Source: Planctomycetota bacterium (GTDB lineage: Bacteria; Planctomycetota; Planctomycetia; Gemmatales; Gemmataceae). From it: a stretch of DNA of 47,514 bases. The position numbers and the translations under genes are program-made. Positions 1 through 9,680 of the stretch are shown piece by piece; within the stretch, counting starts at the first letter, position 1; the number at the start of each line of letters is the position of its first letter. The notes below the pieces were generated by a model. The model saw only the letters and a program-made list of their open reading frames with translations. It did not search any database and had not been told where the DNA came from. The DNA is taken from contig JAGWVO010000001.1 in NCBI GenBank assembly GCA_018970845.1, forward strand, positions 1 to 47,514, written 5' to 3'.

Positions 1-77
1 ACCCTGTACTCGGAGCCAAGAAAGCAAAACTCAAAGTTTTGAATGGCACTTCAAAAATTAAATAAGGTTTTGGTTAA

Positions 78-1634
78 TTATTGTGGGCTTATATTTGTTA
101 ATCGACTTCCCGGAAACATCAGGAGAGGAATGGCCACGCAGGCGCCCAAAACTCCCGTGAGCAGGGCCAACAGGCGCAACCCCGATTGCAAGCCCATCGT
201 GGCGCATTCCAGTTCCACGATCGCCCCAAGTGTTCCAGCTGATAAAACAGCGGTTTGTTTTTCATCCAGGCCAAGCCGTGAAAACCGGTCCATCCCGCGG
301 GCAAGCGTCTCCGCCACGACAGGCCTCTCCGGTCGCACCAGTTCCCGCTGGGTCTCATACGCGGCTACCCTTCCCTCGGAGACGGCCGTGCCCATCAGCG
401 ACGGCACCAATATCAGCGGTGTCGCCAACACCACGATGGCGAACGCCGCCGCGGACGGCATGTCGGCCTTGTCGAGAGTTTCCACCTCGTCGATGAGGAA
501 GGAGGCGGGAATGGTGCCGACGCAGGCCCCCCAAACGGCGATGATGTTGGCGAGCGCATGATTGGATGTCGCCAGTCCGGTGGTGGAAAGCCACAGCACG
601 CAGGCCGAGGCTCCCAAGACACCGGCGAGCAGGCTCAGGTGGCGCCAGTCCCGGTTCGGGATGCACGCGCAAGCCACGAACGACGCCGCCATCGAGATCG
701 TGGCGGGCAGGAAAAGGGAACCGGCCTCAACCGCCGGCATGCCCCTGCCCTCGGTGAGGAAGCTGGAAAGCACTCCCAGGATGGCCGCCAGGTGCAACAG
801 CAGCAGCATCCTGCCGCCCATGGAGCACAGGTAGCTTCGCGACCGGAGCAACCGCGCGAATTGGTCTCCCCGGGAGTAGCTGAACATCATCCGGCCGGCA
901 AGGCACGCGAACAGTAGCGCGTTGAAGGCCAGAAGGCCCATGTATAGGTTCGAGGTGAATCCTCCCTCCTTTTCCCGCCATCCGAGCACGAACAGGAGGC
1001 TGATGAGCCAGGAAACGAGAAGCATGATGAGAAGCCCGTCGGGTTTCGGACCCTTGTTGGCATGGGGAGACGGCGAATCCGCCGGCACTAGCAGCAGGAT
1101 GAGTCCCGCGCCCCCGATTCCCGCCGGCACGCTCAACCAGTAGACCCAGTTCCACCCGAGCGCCTCGTTCACCATCGCGGCCACCATGGGAGAGGTTCCG
1201 CGGGTCGAGTAGGCGAGCAGTCCGTAGCACAGCACGGCGATGAACACCATCCGGTCGAACCGGGAATACAGGAATGACCGAAGCAGCACGATGGCCATCC
1301 CCTTGCCCAGGCCCTCGACGAATCGGGCCAGCATGAGCCCGCGAAATCCCTCGGCGCATCCGCACATGAGGTTGCCCAGCGCGAAGACCAGCATGCCGGC
1401 GACGAGGATGTTGCGGGGCCCGAATTTCCTTGAAAGGGCCAAGCCGGCGAACACGCCGAAAAGCATCGACAGGCCCCACGATGCCGAGAGCCATGTGCCA
1501 TCGCCCTTGTCGTAACCCACTCCCCGCCGAATGTCCGCGTCGACGAGGTCGGTGAGCACCAGGGTCTGGTAGACCGAACCCAAAACGGGCAGGAGGGCGG
1601 CCAGAACCAGGGCGGGCTGCGCGGCACGGTTCAT
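78..1634 (-). CDS. MFS transporter, DHA2 (EmrB/QacA-like) drug efflux permease
   Basis: 518 aa, highly hydrophobic multi-TM protein. N-terminal MFS-like region: '...GPRNILVAGMLVFALGNLMCGCAEGFRGLMLARFVEGLGKG'. Its start overlaps the stop of the upstream HlyD gene (ATGA at 1631-1634). Confidence 0.8.
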   Translation of the reverse strand: MNRAAQPALVLAALLPVLGSVYQTLVLTDLVDADIRRGVGYDKGDGTWLSASWGLSMLFGVFAGLALSRKFGPRNILVAGMLVFALGNLMCGCAEGFRGLMLARFVEGLGKGMAIVLLRSFLYSRFDRMVFIAVLCYGLLAYSTRGTSPMVAAMVNEALGWNWVYWLSVPAGIGGAGLILLLVPADSPSPHANKGPKPDGLLIMLLVSWLISLLFVLGWREKEGGFTSNLYMGLLAFNALLFACLAGRMMFSYSRGDQFARLLRSRSYLCSMGGRMLLLLHLAAILGVLSSFLTEGRGMPAVEAGSLFLPATISMAASFVACACIPNRDWRHLSLLAGVLGASACVLWLSTTGLATSNHALANIIAVWGACVGTIPASFLIDEVETLDKADMPSAAAFAIVVLATPLILVPSLMGTAVSEGRVAAYETQRELVRPERPVVAETLARGMDRFSRLGLDEKQTAVLSAGTLGAIVELECATMGLQSGLRLLALLTGVLGACVAIPLLMFPGSRLTNISPQ

Positions 1635-2986
1635 GGCGCGGCGTTCCCGCGGGGTTCATCGAACCGGCTGTCGAGCCTGCGGGCTTGTTCCAGGGCCTTC
1701 GAAGCCCAGGCGGCATCGCCCGGCCCGTGGCGGATTGTCACGCGGACGGAATAGCCAGCGCGCAGTTCGGACAGGTCCTGTCCCGGCTCGAAAACCAGCC
1801 TCACCGGAACCCTCTGCACCACCTTGGAGAATTCGCCGGACACCACATTGCGGGGCAGCAATGAGAATTCCGCGCCGGTGGAGCGGTTGATCCACAGGAC
1901 GCGGGCCGGAAGTTCCCTGCCGAGCGCGTCGACGCGCACGGTGGCCGGGTTTCCGGGCGCCACGCCCGCCAGGCGCGTTTCCTCGAGGTTGGCCGTGACA
2001 TACATCCAATCCGGATCGTACATGGTGATCACGGGGACGCCGGCCGTGGCGTGGTCGCCCGTCGACTTGGCCCTCCTCACCACAATGCCGGAAACGGGCG
2101 CCAGCACCTTGGTGTTCTCGAGGTTGCGGCGGGCGAGGTTCAACAGCGCCTTGGCCTCGTCGACGGCGTCGCCCGCGATGCGGAGCGCCTGCTGGGCCTC
2201 CAGGATGCCGCGGTTGCGGTTTTCGGCGATATCAACGCCCAGTCGGGCCTTGGCTGTGGCCACGCGCGCGATTTCGAGGTCGTGCGCCGCAACCTCCACT
2301 TGGGACCTGGCCGCGGCGGCCTTTTGCCGCTTGGCTTCCGCGAGGCGGAGTTCGGCCTTGGTGGAATCGTTGGTCCGCGCGGTCTCCTGCGTGCGCCTCA
2401 GCGTCGTTGCGTTTTCCTTGAGGAGCGTCGTGAACCTTTCATGTTCCTGCCTGGCCAGCACCTGATTCGCCTCGGCGACGCCCACGAGAGCGTCCGACTC
2501 GCTCAAGGTTCCCGCGACCTCGTCGGCCGTCAGCTTCAGCACCTTTTCCATCCTGGCCTCGGAGATGCGGGCCATCTCGAGGGACCGGTTCGCCTCGGAA
2601 ACGCCCAAAGGCACATCCACCCGGAGCTTTTCAAGGGCGATCTCCTGCCGGCGCCTCTCATCCTCGGTGACGCGCGCCTTGGCCTCCGCCAGGGCCAACT
2701 GGTCTCGGTAGTGGTCCTCATCGATTTCAAATAAAACCTGTCCCTTTTTGGCAACCGTTCCCTCGTCGGTTTCAACCCGGGTGATCCGGCCCGAGACGCC
2801 GTCAGGGCCCACATGAACCATGCGCGCCTCGATGAAGGCGTCGTCGGTGATGGAATGGCCGGCGCGAAACTCAACCAGGCGCACCGCCATGGGCGCCATG
2901 GCCCCGGCGGTTGCCAGGAGCAGGATGATTCCAAGGACCTTGGCCACGGGAAATTTCCCGGCGCTCTTTGTTTCTTGCGGGTTCAT
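1631..2986 (-). CDS. HlyD/EmrA-family membrane fusion (periplasmic adaptor) protein
   Basis: 451 aa. One N-terminal TM, a long coiled-coil rich in A/E/R, and a lipoyl-like motif 'GRITRVETDEGTVAKKGQVLFEID'. ATGA overlaps with both neighbouring genes. Confidence 0.8.
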   Translation of the reverse strand: MNPQETKSAGKFPVAKVLGIILLLATAGAMAPMAVRLVEFRAGHSITDDAFIEARMVHVGPDGVSGRITRVETDEGTVAKKGQVLFEIDEDHYRDQLALAEAKARVTEDERRRQEIALEKLRVDVPLGVSEANRSLEMARISEARMEKVLKLTADEVAGTLSESDALVGVAEANQVLARQEHERFTTLLKENATTLRRTQETARTNDSTKAELRLAEAKRQKAAAARSQVEVAAHDLEIARVATAKARLGVDIAENRNRGILEAQQALRIAGDAVDEAKALLNLARRNLENTKVLAPVSGIVVRRAKSTGDHATAGVPVITMYDPDWMYVTANLEETRLAGVAPGNPATVRVDALGRELPARVLWINRSTGAEFSLLPRNVVSGEFSKVVQRVPVRLVFEPGQDLSELRAGYSVRVTIRHGPGDAAWASKALEQARRLDSRFDEPRGNAAP

Positions 2987-4566
2987 GGCGATTTCTCCGC
3001 GGGCTGGGCGGATGCGGATCCGGTTTCGTTTCCTTGCCAGTGGCTGGTGCCCATCGCATAGTCGAGCTTGGCCATGCAGGCGAGGTAATCGAAGATGGCG
3101 GCCTGGTATTCCTGGCTCGCGCGGGTCATCGCCGTTTCCGCCTCGATCAACTCCGTGGTGGTCGCGTCGCCGGCGCGTGAGCGGGCCTTGACGATCCTGA
3201 AGGTTTCCCGCGTCTGTTCCACCGGGGCCTTGCCGCGCTCGATGGCCCTGCGCGCCGCCACCAGCAACCGGTACGCCTCGTTCACCTGGAAGGCGATGCT
3301 GTCGGAAAGCGCCTCCGCCTGGGCCAAGGCGCCGCGGAGCTTGGAATCAGCCATGCGCAACTCGGCGATTTTTCGCCCGCCCTCGAAAAGGCCCCATTCG
3401 AGCTTGATCGAACCGATGGGGATGTCGACATAGCCGCCCGGCTTGGCTTGGTGGTAGTCGAGGTAAAACCCGTCCGCGACGACCCGCGGCGCGAAATCGG
3501 CCCGGGCGATTCCCTTGCCTTCTCGGGCCGAGTCGATGGTTCGGCGGGCCACGGCGAATTCCTGCCGGGAAACAACCGCCAGTTCGAGGCAGCCGGCCAA
3601 CGATTCATTGAAACCCGGCAATTCGGGCAGCGGCTCGACCGCCGTGGAATCGCTCACCCTCAATCCGATCGCCAGGTTGAGCGCCGCCCGGGAGATCTGT
3701 TCGGACGCTTGCGCCGAATCGAGCAGCTTGCGCGCGGCGGCCACCTGCACGCGAGACCGCAGGACATTCTCGCGCTCGAGCGCCCCTTGGGCCTCGAGCT
3801 TCGTGGCCAATGTCTCCTCCTCCTCGCAGCGCCTGACGGATTCCTCGGCGACCCGTCCCAGCGCCTGCGCCCTCAGCACCTGGTAGTAGGCCATGGCGAC
3901 CTCATGGGCCACGGTTTGCCTGGCCCGCTCCGCCTGCATGCGCGCCACATCGGCGGCGATTTCAGCCTGACGGTAACGGCCGAGGCGCTTGCCAAAGTCG
4001 GTCACCAGCCACTGCACCCTGAACTCGGCAAGCTCGTAGCCGGTGTTGAAGTTGAAGCCGATCGGAATGACTCCGCCCGGCGGCAGGAAATTGAAGTTGC
4101 CTCCCCCGGGAACCGGGACTCCGATGCCGCCGACATCGACGGCATAGGAACCCACGGTGTAGCCCGCTGAAACGATCGGCAGGAACGGCGCCAGGGCGAT
4201 GTTTTCCCCTTGCCTGGCTTGTTCGATCGACTCGAGGTGGGCCTTCAGGCGCGGTTGCCGTTGCAGCGCCTCGGCGATGGCTGTTTCCAGGGTGAGGTGG
4301 TTGACGGCGTTGGGTGGCTCCCGAAGTTCGGTGGCCGTCTCCGGAGTGGGGGGCAGAAGCAGGGCAGGATCGGTTTGCGCCACGGAGGGTTCCGACCGGC
4401 TGATCTCCGCCACCATCCTCTCGGCTAGTCCGGCCTCGATTGCCAGGCTCCGCTTGGATCCCACGCAGCCCGGCGTGGCCGCGAACAATGCCAATAGGCC
4501 CAGGCAAGCTGGATGGAACCGCGCATGGTTCGCGGTCAGGCGAGATGGCCCGGCATCCATGCTCAC
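2983..4566 (-). CDS. TolC/NodT-family outer membrane efflux protein (probable lipoprotein)
   Basis: 527 aa with duplicated alpha-helical/beta OMF architecture. Lipobox-like 'LFAATPGC' near the N-terminus. First gene of the OMF-MFP-MFS operon. Confidence 0.8.
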   Translation of the reverse strand: MSMDAGPSRLTANHARFHPACLGLLALFAATPGCVGSKRSLAIEAGLAERMVAEISRSEPSVAQTDPALLLPPTPETATELREPPNAVNHLTLETAIAEALQRQPRLKAHLESIEQARQGENIALAPFLPIVSAGYTVGSYAVDVGGIGVPVPGGGNFNFLPPGGVIPIGFNFNTGYELAEFRVQWLVTDFGKRLGRYRQAEIAADVARMQAERARQTVAHEVAMAYYQVLRAQALGRVAEESVRRCEEEETLATKLEAQGALERENVLRSRVQVAAARKLLDSAQASEQISRAALNLAIGLRVSDSTAVEPLPELPGFNESLAGCLELAVVSRQEFAVARRTIDSAREGKGIARADFAPRVVADGFYLDYHQAKPGGYVDIPIGSIKLEWGLFEGGRKIAELRMADSKLRGALAQAEALSDSIAFQVNEAYRLLVAARRAIERGKAPVEQTRETFRIVKARSRAGDATTTELIEAETAMTRASQEYQAAIFDYLACMAKLDYAMGTSHWQGNETGSASAQPAEKSP

Positions 4567-4834
4567 GATCGAAAGGCCTCCCCACCTCTCTCATCGGCTC
4601 GAGGCGGGTTGCATATCCAGCAGAATCGGAATAAACGGCCCACCTTTGCATTTGGGAGCCGCGATTTCATGAATCCTGGCCCGCCATCCTCAACCGGCCA
4701 TGGAAATTCTCATGCCGGGGTGCCTGAATGGCGGAAAATCTCTCGTGGTCGGGGGTATTCCGATCAACTCGTCACACGGCATTGCAAGGTTTATGATGCT
4801 GGCATTCGAGCAAATCCGTCGGATGGATTGAAGC

Positions 4835-6118
4835 ATGAGCCATGACTTTCGTTTTCTTCACGAACCCGGCCGGCGCCGATTCATGGCGGCCGCGGCCTCA
4901 TCGTTTTTGGGCGTTGGCTTGCTGCCCGAATGGCTCAAGCTGGAAGCCCGCCCGGCGGATTCCCAAGGAAAGCCCGTCAGGAACGTCATCTACCTCTACA
5001 TGGATGGCGGGATGAGCCATGTGGACACCTGGGATCCCAAGGAGGGTGATGTCGCGGGGCCGACCCGGACCATTGCCACCAGCGTCACGGGGATCAGGCT
5101 TGGTGAGTACCTGCACCGGACCGCCAAGCTGATGAACCATGGCACCATCGTTCGCTCGCTGACTTCCACGCAGGGCGCCCATGAGCAGGGCAACTATTAC
5201 ATGCACACCAGCTACCAGATGAGGGGAACGATCAATCACCCTTCTCTTGGCGCCTGGCTGAATCATTTCCAGGGGCCGGGCAATCCGTCGCTGCCGGCAT
5301 CGGTGTATATCGGCAACGCCAGCCGTCACCCCGGCGCCGGGTTCTTTCCGCCCGACCATGCTCCCCTTTTTGTCAACAATCCCGAGAACGGATTGCGCGA
5401 CATCCGCCGACGCGAGGATGTCACCCGGGAGAAGCATGCCGCCCGGCTCGCCCTGGCGGCCGGACTCGACGCCGAATTTGTCAGGGATTTCGGAACCCAG
5501 CGGCATGTCCAGGCCCATGCGAGCGCCTACGACGGCGCCTGCCGCATGATGGACTGCAAGGACATCGCGGCGTTCAACCTCACCGAGGAGAAGGATTCCA
5601 CCCGCGACTCCTACGGGCGCGATCCGTTCGGACAAGGCTGCCTGCTGGCGCGAAGGCTTGTCGAGCGCGGCGTGCGCTTCGTCGAGGTCAGCCTGCACGG
5701 GTGGGACACCCATTCCAACAATTTCACGACAACCCCGGACCTGTCCGACAAGCTCGACAGGGGATTGTCCAGCCTTGTGGCCGACCTGCGCGACCGAGGC
5801 ATGCTCGGCCAGACGCTTGTCGTGGTGACCACCGAGTTCGGCCGTTCTCCCAAGATCAACGCGGCCCTTGGCCGCGACCATTACCCCAACGCTTTTTCGG
5901 CGGCCATCTTCGGTGGCGGTGTGAAGCAGGGCTTCGTGCTTGGCTCCACCGACAAGCGGGGTGAGGCTGTCGCCAGCGACGAGGCATCCGTGCAGGACTT
6001 CAACGCGACCATCGGCCGGGCCCTCGGCCTGCCCCTCGACAAGATCGTCCATTCGCCCGAAAAGCGGCCCTTCAAGTTCGCCGACAAGGGCAAGCCTCTC
6101 ACATCCGTTTTTTCCTGA
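4835..6118 (+). CDS. DUF1501 domain protein (sulfatase-like fold, Tat signal)
   Basis: 427 aa. Twin-arginine signal 'GRRRFMAAAASSFLGVGL'. Motifs 'VIYLYMDGGMSHVDTWDPK' and 'TTEFGRSPKIN...GRDHYP' are typical of DUF1501. Confidence 0.85.
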   Translation: MSHDFRFLHEPGRRRFMAAAASSFLGVGLLPEWLKLEARPADSQGKPVRNVIYLYMDGGMSHVDTWDPKEGDVAGPTRTIATSVTGIRLGEYLHRTAKLMNHGTIVRSLTSTQGAHEQGNYYMHTSYQMRGTINHPSLGAWLNHFQGPGNPSLPASVYIGNASRHPGAGFFPPDHAPLFVNNPENGLRDIRRREDVTREKHAARLALAAGLDAEFVRDFGTQRHVQAHASAYDGACRMMDCKDIAAFNLTEEKDSTRDSYGRDPFGQGCLLARRLVERGVRFVEVSLHGWDTHSNNFTTTPDLSDKLDRGLSSLVADLRDRGMLGQTLVVVTTEFGRSPKINAALGRDHYPNAFSAAIFGGGVKQGFVLGSTDKRGEAVASDEASVQDFNATIGRALGLPLDKIVHSPEKRPFKFADKGKPLTSVFS

Positions 6119-6137
6119 TCCACATCTGGATGCCGCC

Positions 6138-8414
6138 ATGGAACATGCCAAGATCCTTCTCGCGCTGGCGCTCGCCCCGGCATTCGCGCTCGGCCAGGCC
6201 GACCCCGCCCTGATTCGCTCAGCCGCGTCAAAAATCGACGCCCTCATGGCCGACCATTGGAAAGCCGCCGGGGTTGCTCCCGGTGCCCCCGCCGGAGACG
6301 AGGTGTTCCTCAGGCGCGTCCACCTCGACCTGGCCGGCAGGATACCCACGCCCCTCGAAACCCGGGCGTTCCTCGCTTCCGGCAATCCTTCCAAAAGGGA
6401 GGAGTTGGTGCGGCGGTTGCTTGAAGGCGAGGGCCATGCCTCCCATTTCCAGAACTTCTGGGCCGACATCCTCAGGCTCAAGAGCTATTTCGTGAACACG
6501 GCGAATGTCGTTCCCTCGGCTTATCGCCGCTTCATCAGGGAAAGCCTGCGATCCAACAAGCCCTACGACCGGTTCGCGCGCGAACTGCTTTCGGCCAAGG
6601 GTTATGCGTGGGATGACGGCGCGGTGGGCTACTACCTCCGGGATCCGGAGATGCCTCTCGAAAACATGGCGCTGACCACCCGCGTGTTCCTTGGCACCCG
6701 CATCGAATGCGCGCAGTGCCACGACCATCCGTTCGACAAGTGGAAGCAGACCGAGTTCTACCGTCTGGCGGCGTTCACTTACGGCAACCGCACCGTCAAC
6801 GAGGCGTTCGGCCACGCCCGCGACGCCATCAGGGCCCGCGAACAGTCCATCCTTGATGATTTCAAGCGCGAGAAGGCCGCGTCCTCCGATGGCGGAAAGG
6901 CCGCCGAGCAGAGGAAGAAGGAACGCCTTGAGGCGATGGAGTACCGCAAGATCGTCGGGATCATCAAGTCATGCGTCGGCCAACTGCTGAGTCCGGTCGG
7001 CCTTGAGCGGCGCGAGGCCGTTCTCAAGTTGCCGTCCGACTTCAGGCACGCCGACGGCAAGCCCGGCGATGTGATGAGGCCGGCGACGCTGTTTGGTTCC
7101 GCCGTCGAGTTGAAGCCGGGGGAGGACCCGGCTACCGCCTTCGCCAACTGGGTCGCCTCGCCGGACAACCCCGCGTTCACCAAGGTTATTGTGAATCGCC
7201 TATGGCGCAAGATGTTCGGCGCGGCCCTCACCGAACCGCTGGACGACCTGCGGCCGGGCAGCAAGTCGGCGATCCCGGCCCTTGAGGATCACCTTGTCGG
7301 CCTGATGGTGGCGCTGCGGTACGACACACGCGCCTTCCTTGCCGTGATCGCCGGCACGCGGGCCTACCAGGCTGAAACCATCGCCGCGGAATTCAGCCCG
7401 GACCAGCCGAGGCATTTCCAGGGGCCATTCCTCCGCCGCATGACAGCCGAGCAGGCCTGGGACTCGCTGGTCGCCCTGGCCAACCATGAACCCGACGAAC
7501 CCGACAGGGAGCGCGAGCGCGCGGATGACCGGCGCGTCGCGGTCTCGCGGATGGTCAGCGACGCCTACCTGGCTTTCGATGGCACCCGCCTGCTTGGGAT
7601 GGCCTACGCCCGGCTTGCCGCCGAGAAGGAGTGGGAAAAGCGGGACGGCGAGGTGAAAAGGCAACTGATTACGGCGCGCCGCGATGGAGACAAGCAGGCC
7701 GAACTGACACTCAGGAAAAAGGAAAACGAACTCAGGCGGGAAAGAGGCGAGGCGATGGTGCGCGACTTCCTGATGCCGGTCTTGGCCAACCTGGCCAAGG
7801 CCAAGGGTGGTCCCGATGCCCGGCCCGTGGTGGACGAGTTGTACAGGATGAATCCCAACCCCACGGTGCTGGCCGTTGAAACCTGGAGGCGGATGTACCT
7901 TCCCGGATACGGCCCCGCTCCCAAGTCAGCCCAGGGGATTGTCGAGGACGCCAAGGCTCTCGCGGCCCGCCAACGCGCCTTGGCCGCCGCCCTTGGAACG
8001 CCGCCCGCCCAAGCGGAGGCTTTCGTGGAATATGGCGCCAAGGCATCGGCCATGTGGAAGCGCGCCTCGGAACTGGAAAGCCCCGCCCCCCGCGGGCACT
8101 TCTTGAGGACCATGGGCCAAAGCGACAGGGATTTCGTTGAAAATGCCAACCTGTCCCCCTCGATTCCCCAGGCCTTGGCCTTCATGAACGGCGAACTGGT
8201 TTCCAAAACAGGATTGCTTTCACCCCATTCGCCCCTGATGCGATCCATCACGCCCGATGCCGATCCGGCGGAGGCGGTATACCTTTCGGTGATGTCCAGG
8301 CGTCCGACGCCGCTTGAGCGCGAGGCTTGGAAGGCCGCCTCGGCCGGCGGCGCCGACATCGGTGACCTTGTCCACGCGCTGTTGAACACGAAGCAGTTCC
8401 TGTTCATCCGGTAG
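6138..8414 (+). CDS. DUF1549/DUF1553 (PSCyt2/PSD1) domain protein
   Basis: Start moved to the ATG at 6138, giving signal peptide 'MEHAKILLALALAPAFALGQ'. Hallmarks: 'FLRRVHLDLAGRIPT', 'CAQCHDHPFDKW' and C-terminal 'SIPQALAFMNG'. The ORF-track 5' extension (5940) overlaps the DUF1501 gene. Confidence 0.85.
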   Translation: MEHAKILLALALAPAFALGQADPALIRSAASKIDALMADHWKAAGVAPGAPAGDEVFLRRVHLDLAGRIPTPLETRAFLASGNPSKREELVRRLLEGEGHASHFQNFWADILRLKSYFVNTANVVPSAYRRFIRESLRSNKPYDRFARELLSAKGYAWDDGAVGYYLRDPEMPLENMALTTRVFLGTRIECAQCHDHPFDKWKQTEFYRLAAFTYGNRTVNEAFGHARDAIRAREQSILDDFKREKAASSDGGKAAEQRKKERLEAMEYRKIVGIIKSCVGQLLSPVGLERREAVLKLPSDFRHADGKPGDVMRPATLFGSAVELKPGEDPATAFANWVASPDNPAFTKVIVNRLWRKMFGAALTEPLDDLRPGSKSAIPALEDHLVGLMVALRYDTRAFLAVIAGTRAYQAETIAAEFSPDQPRHFQGPFLRRMTAEQAWDSLVALANHEPDEPDRERERADDRRVAVSRMVSDAYLAFDGTRLLGMAYARLAAEKEWEKRDGEVKRQLITARRDGDKQAELTLRKKENELRRERGEAMVRDFLMPVLANLAKAKGGPDARPVVDELYRMNPNPTVLAVETWRRMYLPGYGPAPKSAQGIVEDAKALAARQRALAAALGTPPAQAEAFVEYGAKASAMWKRASELESPAPRGHFLRTMGQSDRDFVENANLSPSIPQALAFMNGELVSKTGLLSPHSPLMRSITPDADPAEAVYLSVMSRRPTPLEREAWKAASAGGADIGDLVHALLNTKQFLFIR

Positions 8415-8441
8415 GATGGAATCACAAGGCATCGCTTCCGC

Positions 8442-8861
8442 ATGAAGCATGGAGTTCGCGTGGACTGGCTCACCTGGTACAACGCGCTTGAGAAGCCGGC
8501 ATGGACGCCCGCTCCGCGGACCATTGGCGCCATTTGGCAAATACTTTATCCGGTGATTCTCGTCTCCTTTGGTTTCGTGTTCTACCGGGCCTGGTCGGGA
8601 TCGATCTCCTGGTGGATCGCCCTGCCTTTCGCGATCAACCTCGCGGCCAACATCGCCTTCACTCCCATCCAGTTCGGCCTTCGCAACATGCCGCTGGCCG
8701 CCGCCGACATCATCGTGGTCTGGGCCACGATCATCTGGATGGTCATCGCCATCTGGCCGTCACACCGCTGGGTGGCCTTGGCCCAGGGGCCTTACCTCGC
8801 GTGGGTTTCCATCGCGACGGTGCTGCAGCTTTCCATCACTTGGATGAACCGGGGAAGGTGA
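8442..8861 (+). CDS. tspO: TspO/MBR family tryptophan-rich sensory protein
   Basis: 139 aa, multi-TM and W-rich. 'WYNALEKPAWTPAPRTIGAIWQILY' matches the TspO signature region. Confidence 0.8.
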   Translation: MKHGVRVDWLTWYNALEKPAWTPAPRTIGAIWQILYPVILVSFGFVFYRAWSGSISWWIALPFAINLAANIAFTPIQFGLRNMPLAAADIIVVWATIIWMVIAIWPSHRWVALAQGPYLAWVSIATVLQLSITWMNRGR

Positions 8862-8864
8862 TTC

Positions 8865-9668
8865 ATGGACCTGGGACTGCGTGGCCGCACGGCGATGGTC
8901 ACGGGAGGCGCCAGCGGCATCGGCCTCGCGTCGGCGCGCGCGTTCGCGATTGAGGGGGCCCATGTGGCCCTTTGGGACATTCATCCAGGCGTTGGGGAAA
9001 TCGCCAGGCAGTTGGCGGCCGAAACCGGCGCCCAAGTCCTGGGACTTGCCGTGGATGTCACCCGCGGCGATTCGGTGGAACAGGCGTTGTTGGAAACCGC
9101 CGCGAATTTGGGCCAGCCGTGTCACCTTGTCCACGCCGCCGCGACCGGATCGGGAAAATACGGCTTTCCATTCACCAACCTCACCCCGGCCGATTGGGCC
9201 CGCGTGCTCGAGGTGAATGTGATGGGAACCGCGCGCGTGGCCCATGCCGTGGTTCCCCGGCTTGCCGACGATGGAACCATGGTGTTCGTCGCTTCCGTGG
9301 CCGGTCAGATCGGCTCCCAGAGCGATCCGCCTTACAGCGCCTCCAAGGCCGCCAACATCAATTTCGCCCAATGCATGGCCAAGGACCTCGCGCCTCGGGG
9401 AATTCGTGTGAACACGGTCTGCCCGGGAATGGTGCGCACGACTCTCAACCAGGCCGTGTGGCGCGCATGGTTCGAGCAGGCGCCACCGGAACAGCGCCTT
9501 GGCTTTGACGAATGGTCGGAAAGGAAAATCCGCGCCCTGGTACCCCTGGGCCGCTGGCAACCCCCCGAGGCGATCGCCGACATGATCGTCTTCTTGTCAT
9601 CCGCGCGCGCCGCCCATGTCACCGGCCAAACCATCAATGTGGACGGCGGTTTCGTCATGCACTGGTGA
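8865..9668 (+). CDS. SDR-family oxidoreductase
   Basis: Cofactor motif 'TGGASGIG', catalytic 'YSASK', and 'GQTINVDGG' near the C-terminus. Confidence 0.85.
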   Translation: MDLGLRGRTAMVTGGASGIGLASARAFAIEGAHVALWDIHPGVGEIARQLAAETGAQVLGLAVDVTRGDSVEQALLETAANLGQPCHLVHAAATGSGKYGFPFTNLTPADWARVLEVNVMGTARVAHAVVPRLADDGTMVFVASVAGQIGSQSDPPYSASKAANINFAQCMAKDLAPRGIRVNTVCPGMVRTTLNQAVWRAWFEQAPPEQRLGFDEWSERKIRALVPLGRWQPPEAIADMIVFLSSARAAHVTGQTINVDGGFVMHW

Positions 9669-9680
9669 GGAAAGCCCGCC

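Noticed and set aside
4898-6481. A 527-aa minus-strand ORF antisense to the DUF1501 gene. Similar long antisense ORFs occur at 12164-13717, 22119-23315, 24122-25078, 27608-28735, 31324-32331, 33444-34310, 36520-37506 and 39254-40429.
   Set aside because: Each lies opposite a gene with strong motif support (for example recA, cpaF, selO, thiD). Their composition is low-complexity R/G/A/P/H. They are GC-driven open frames, not genes.
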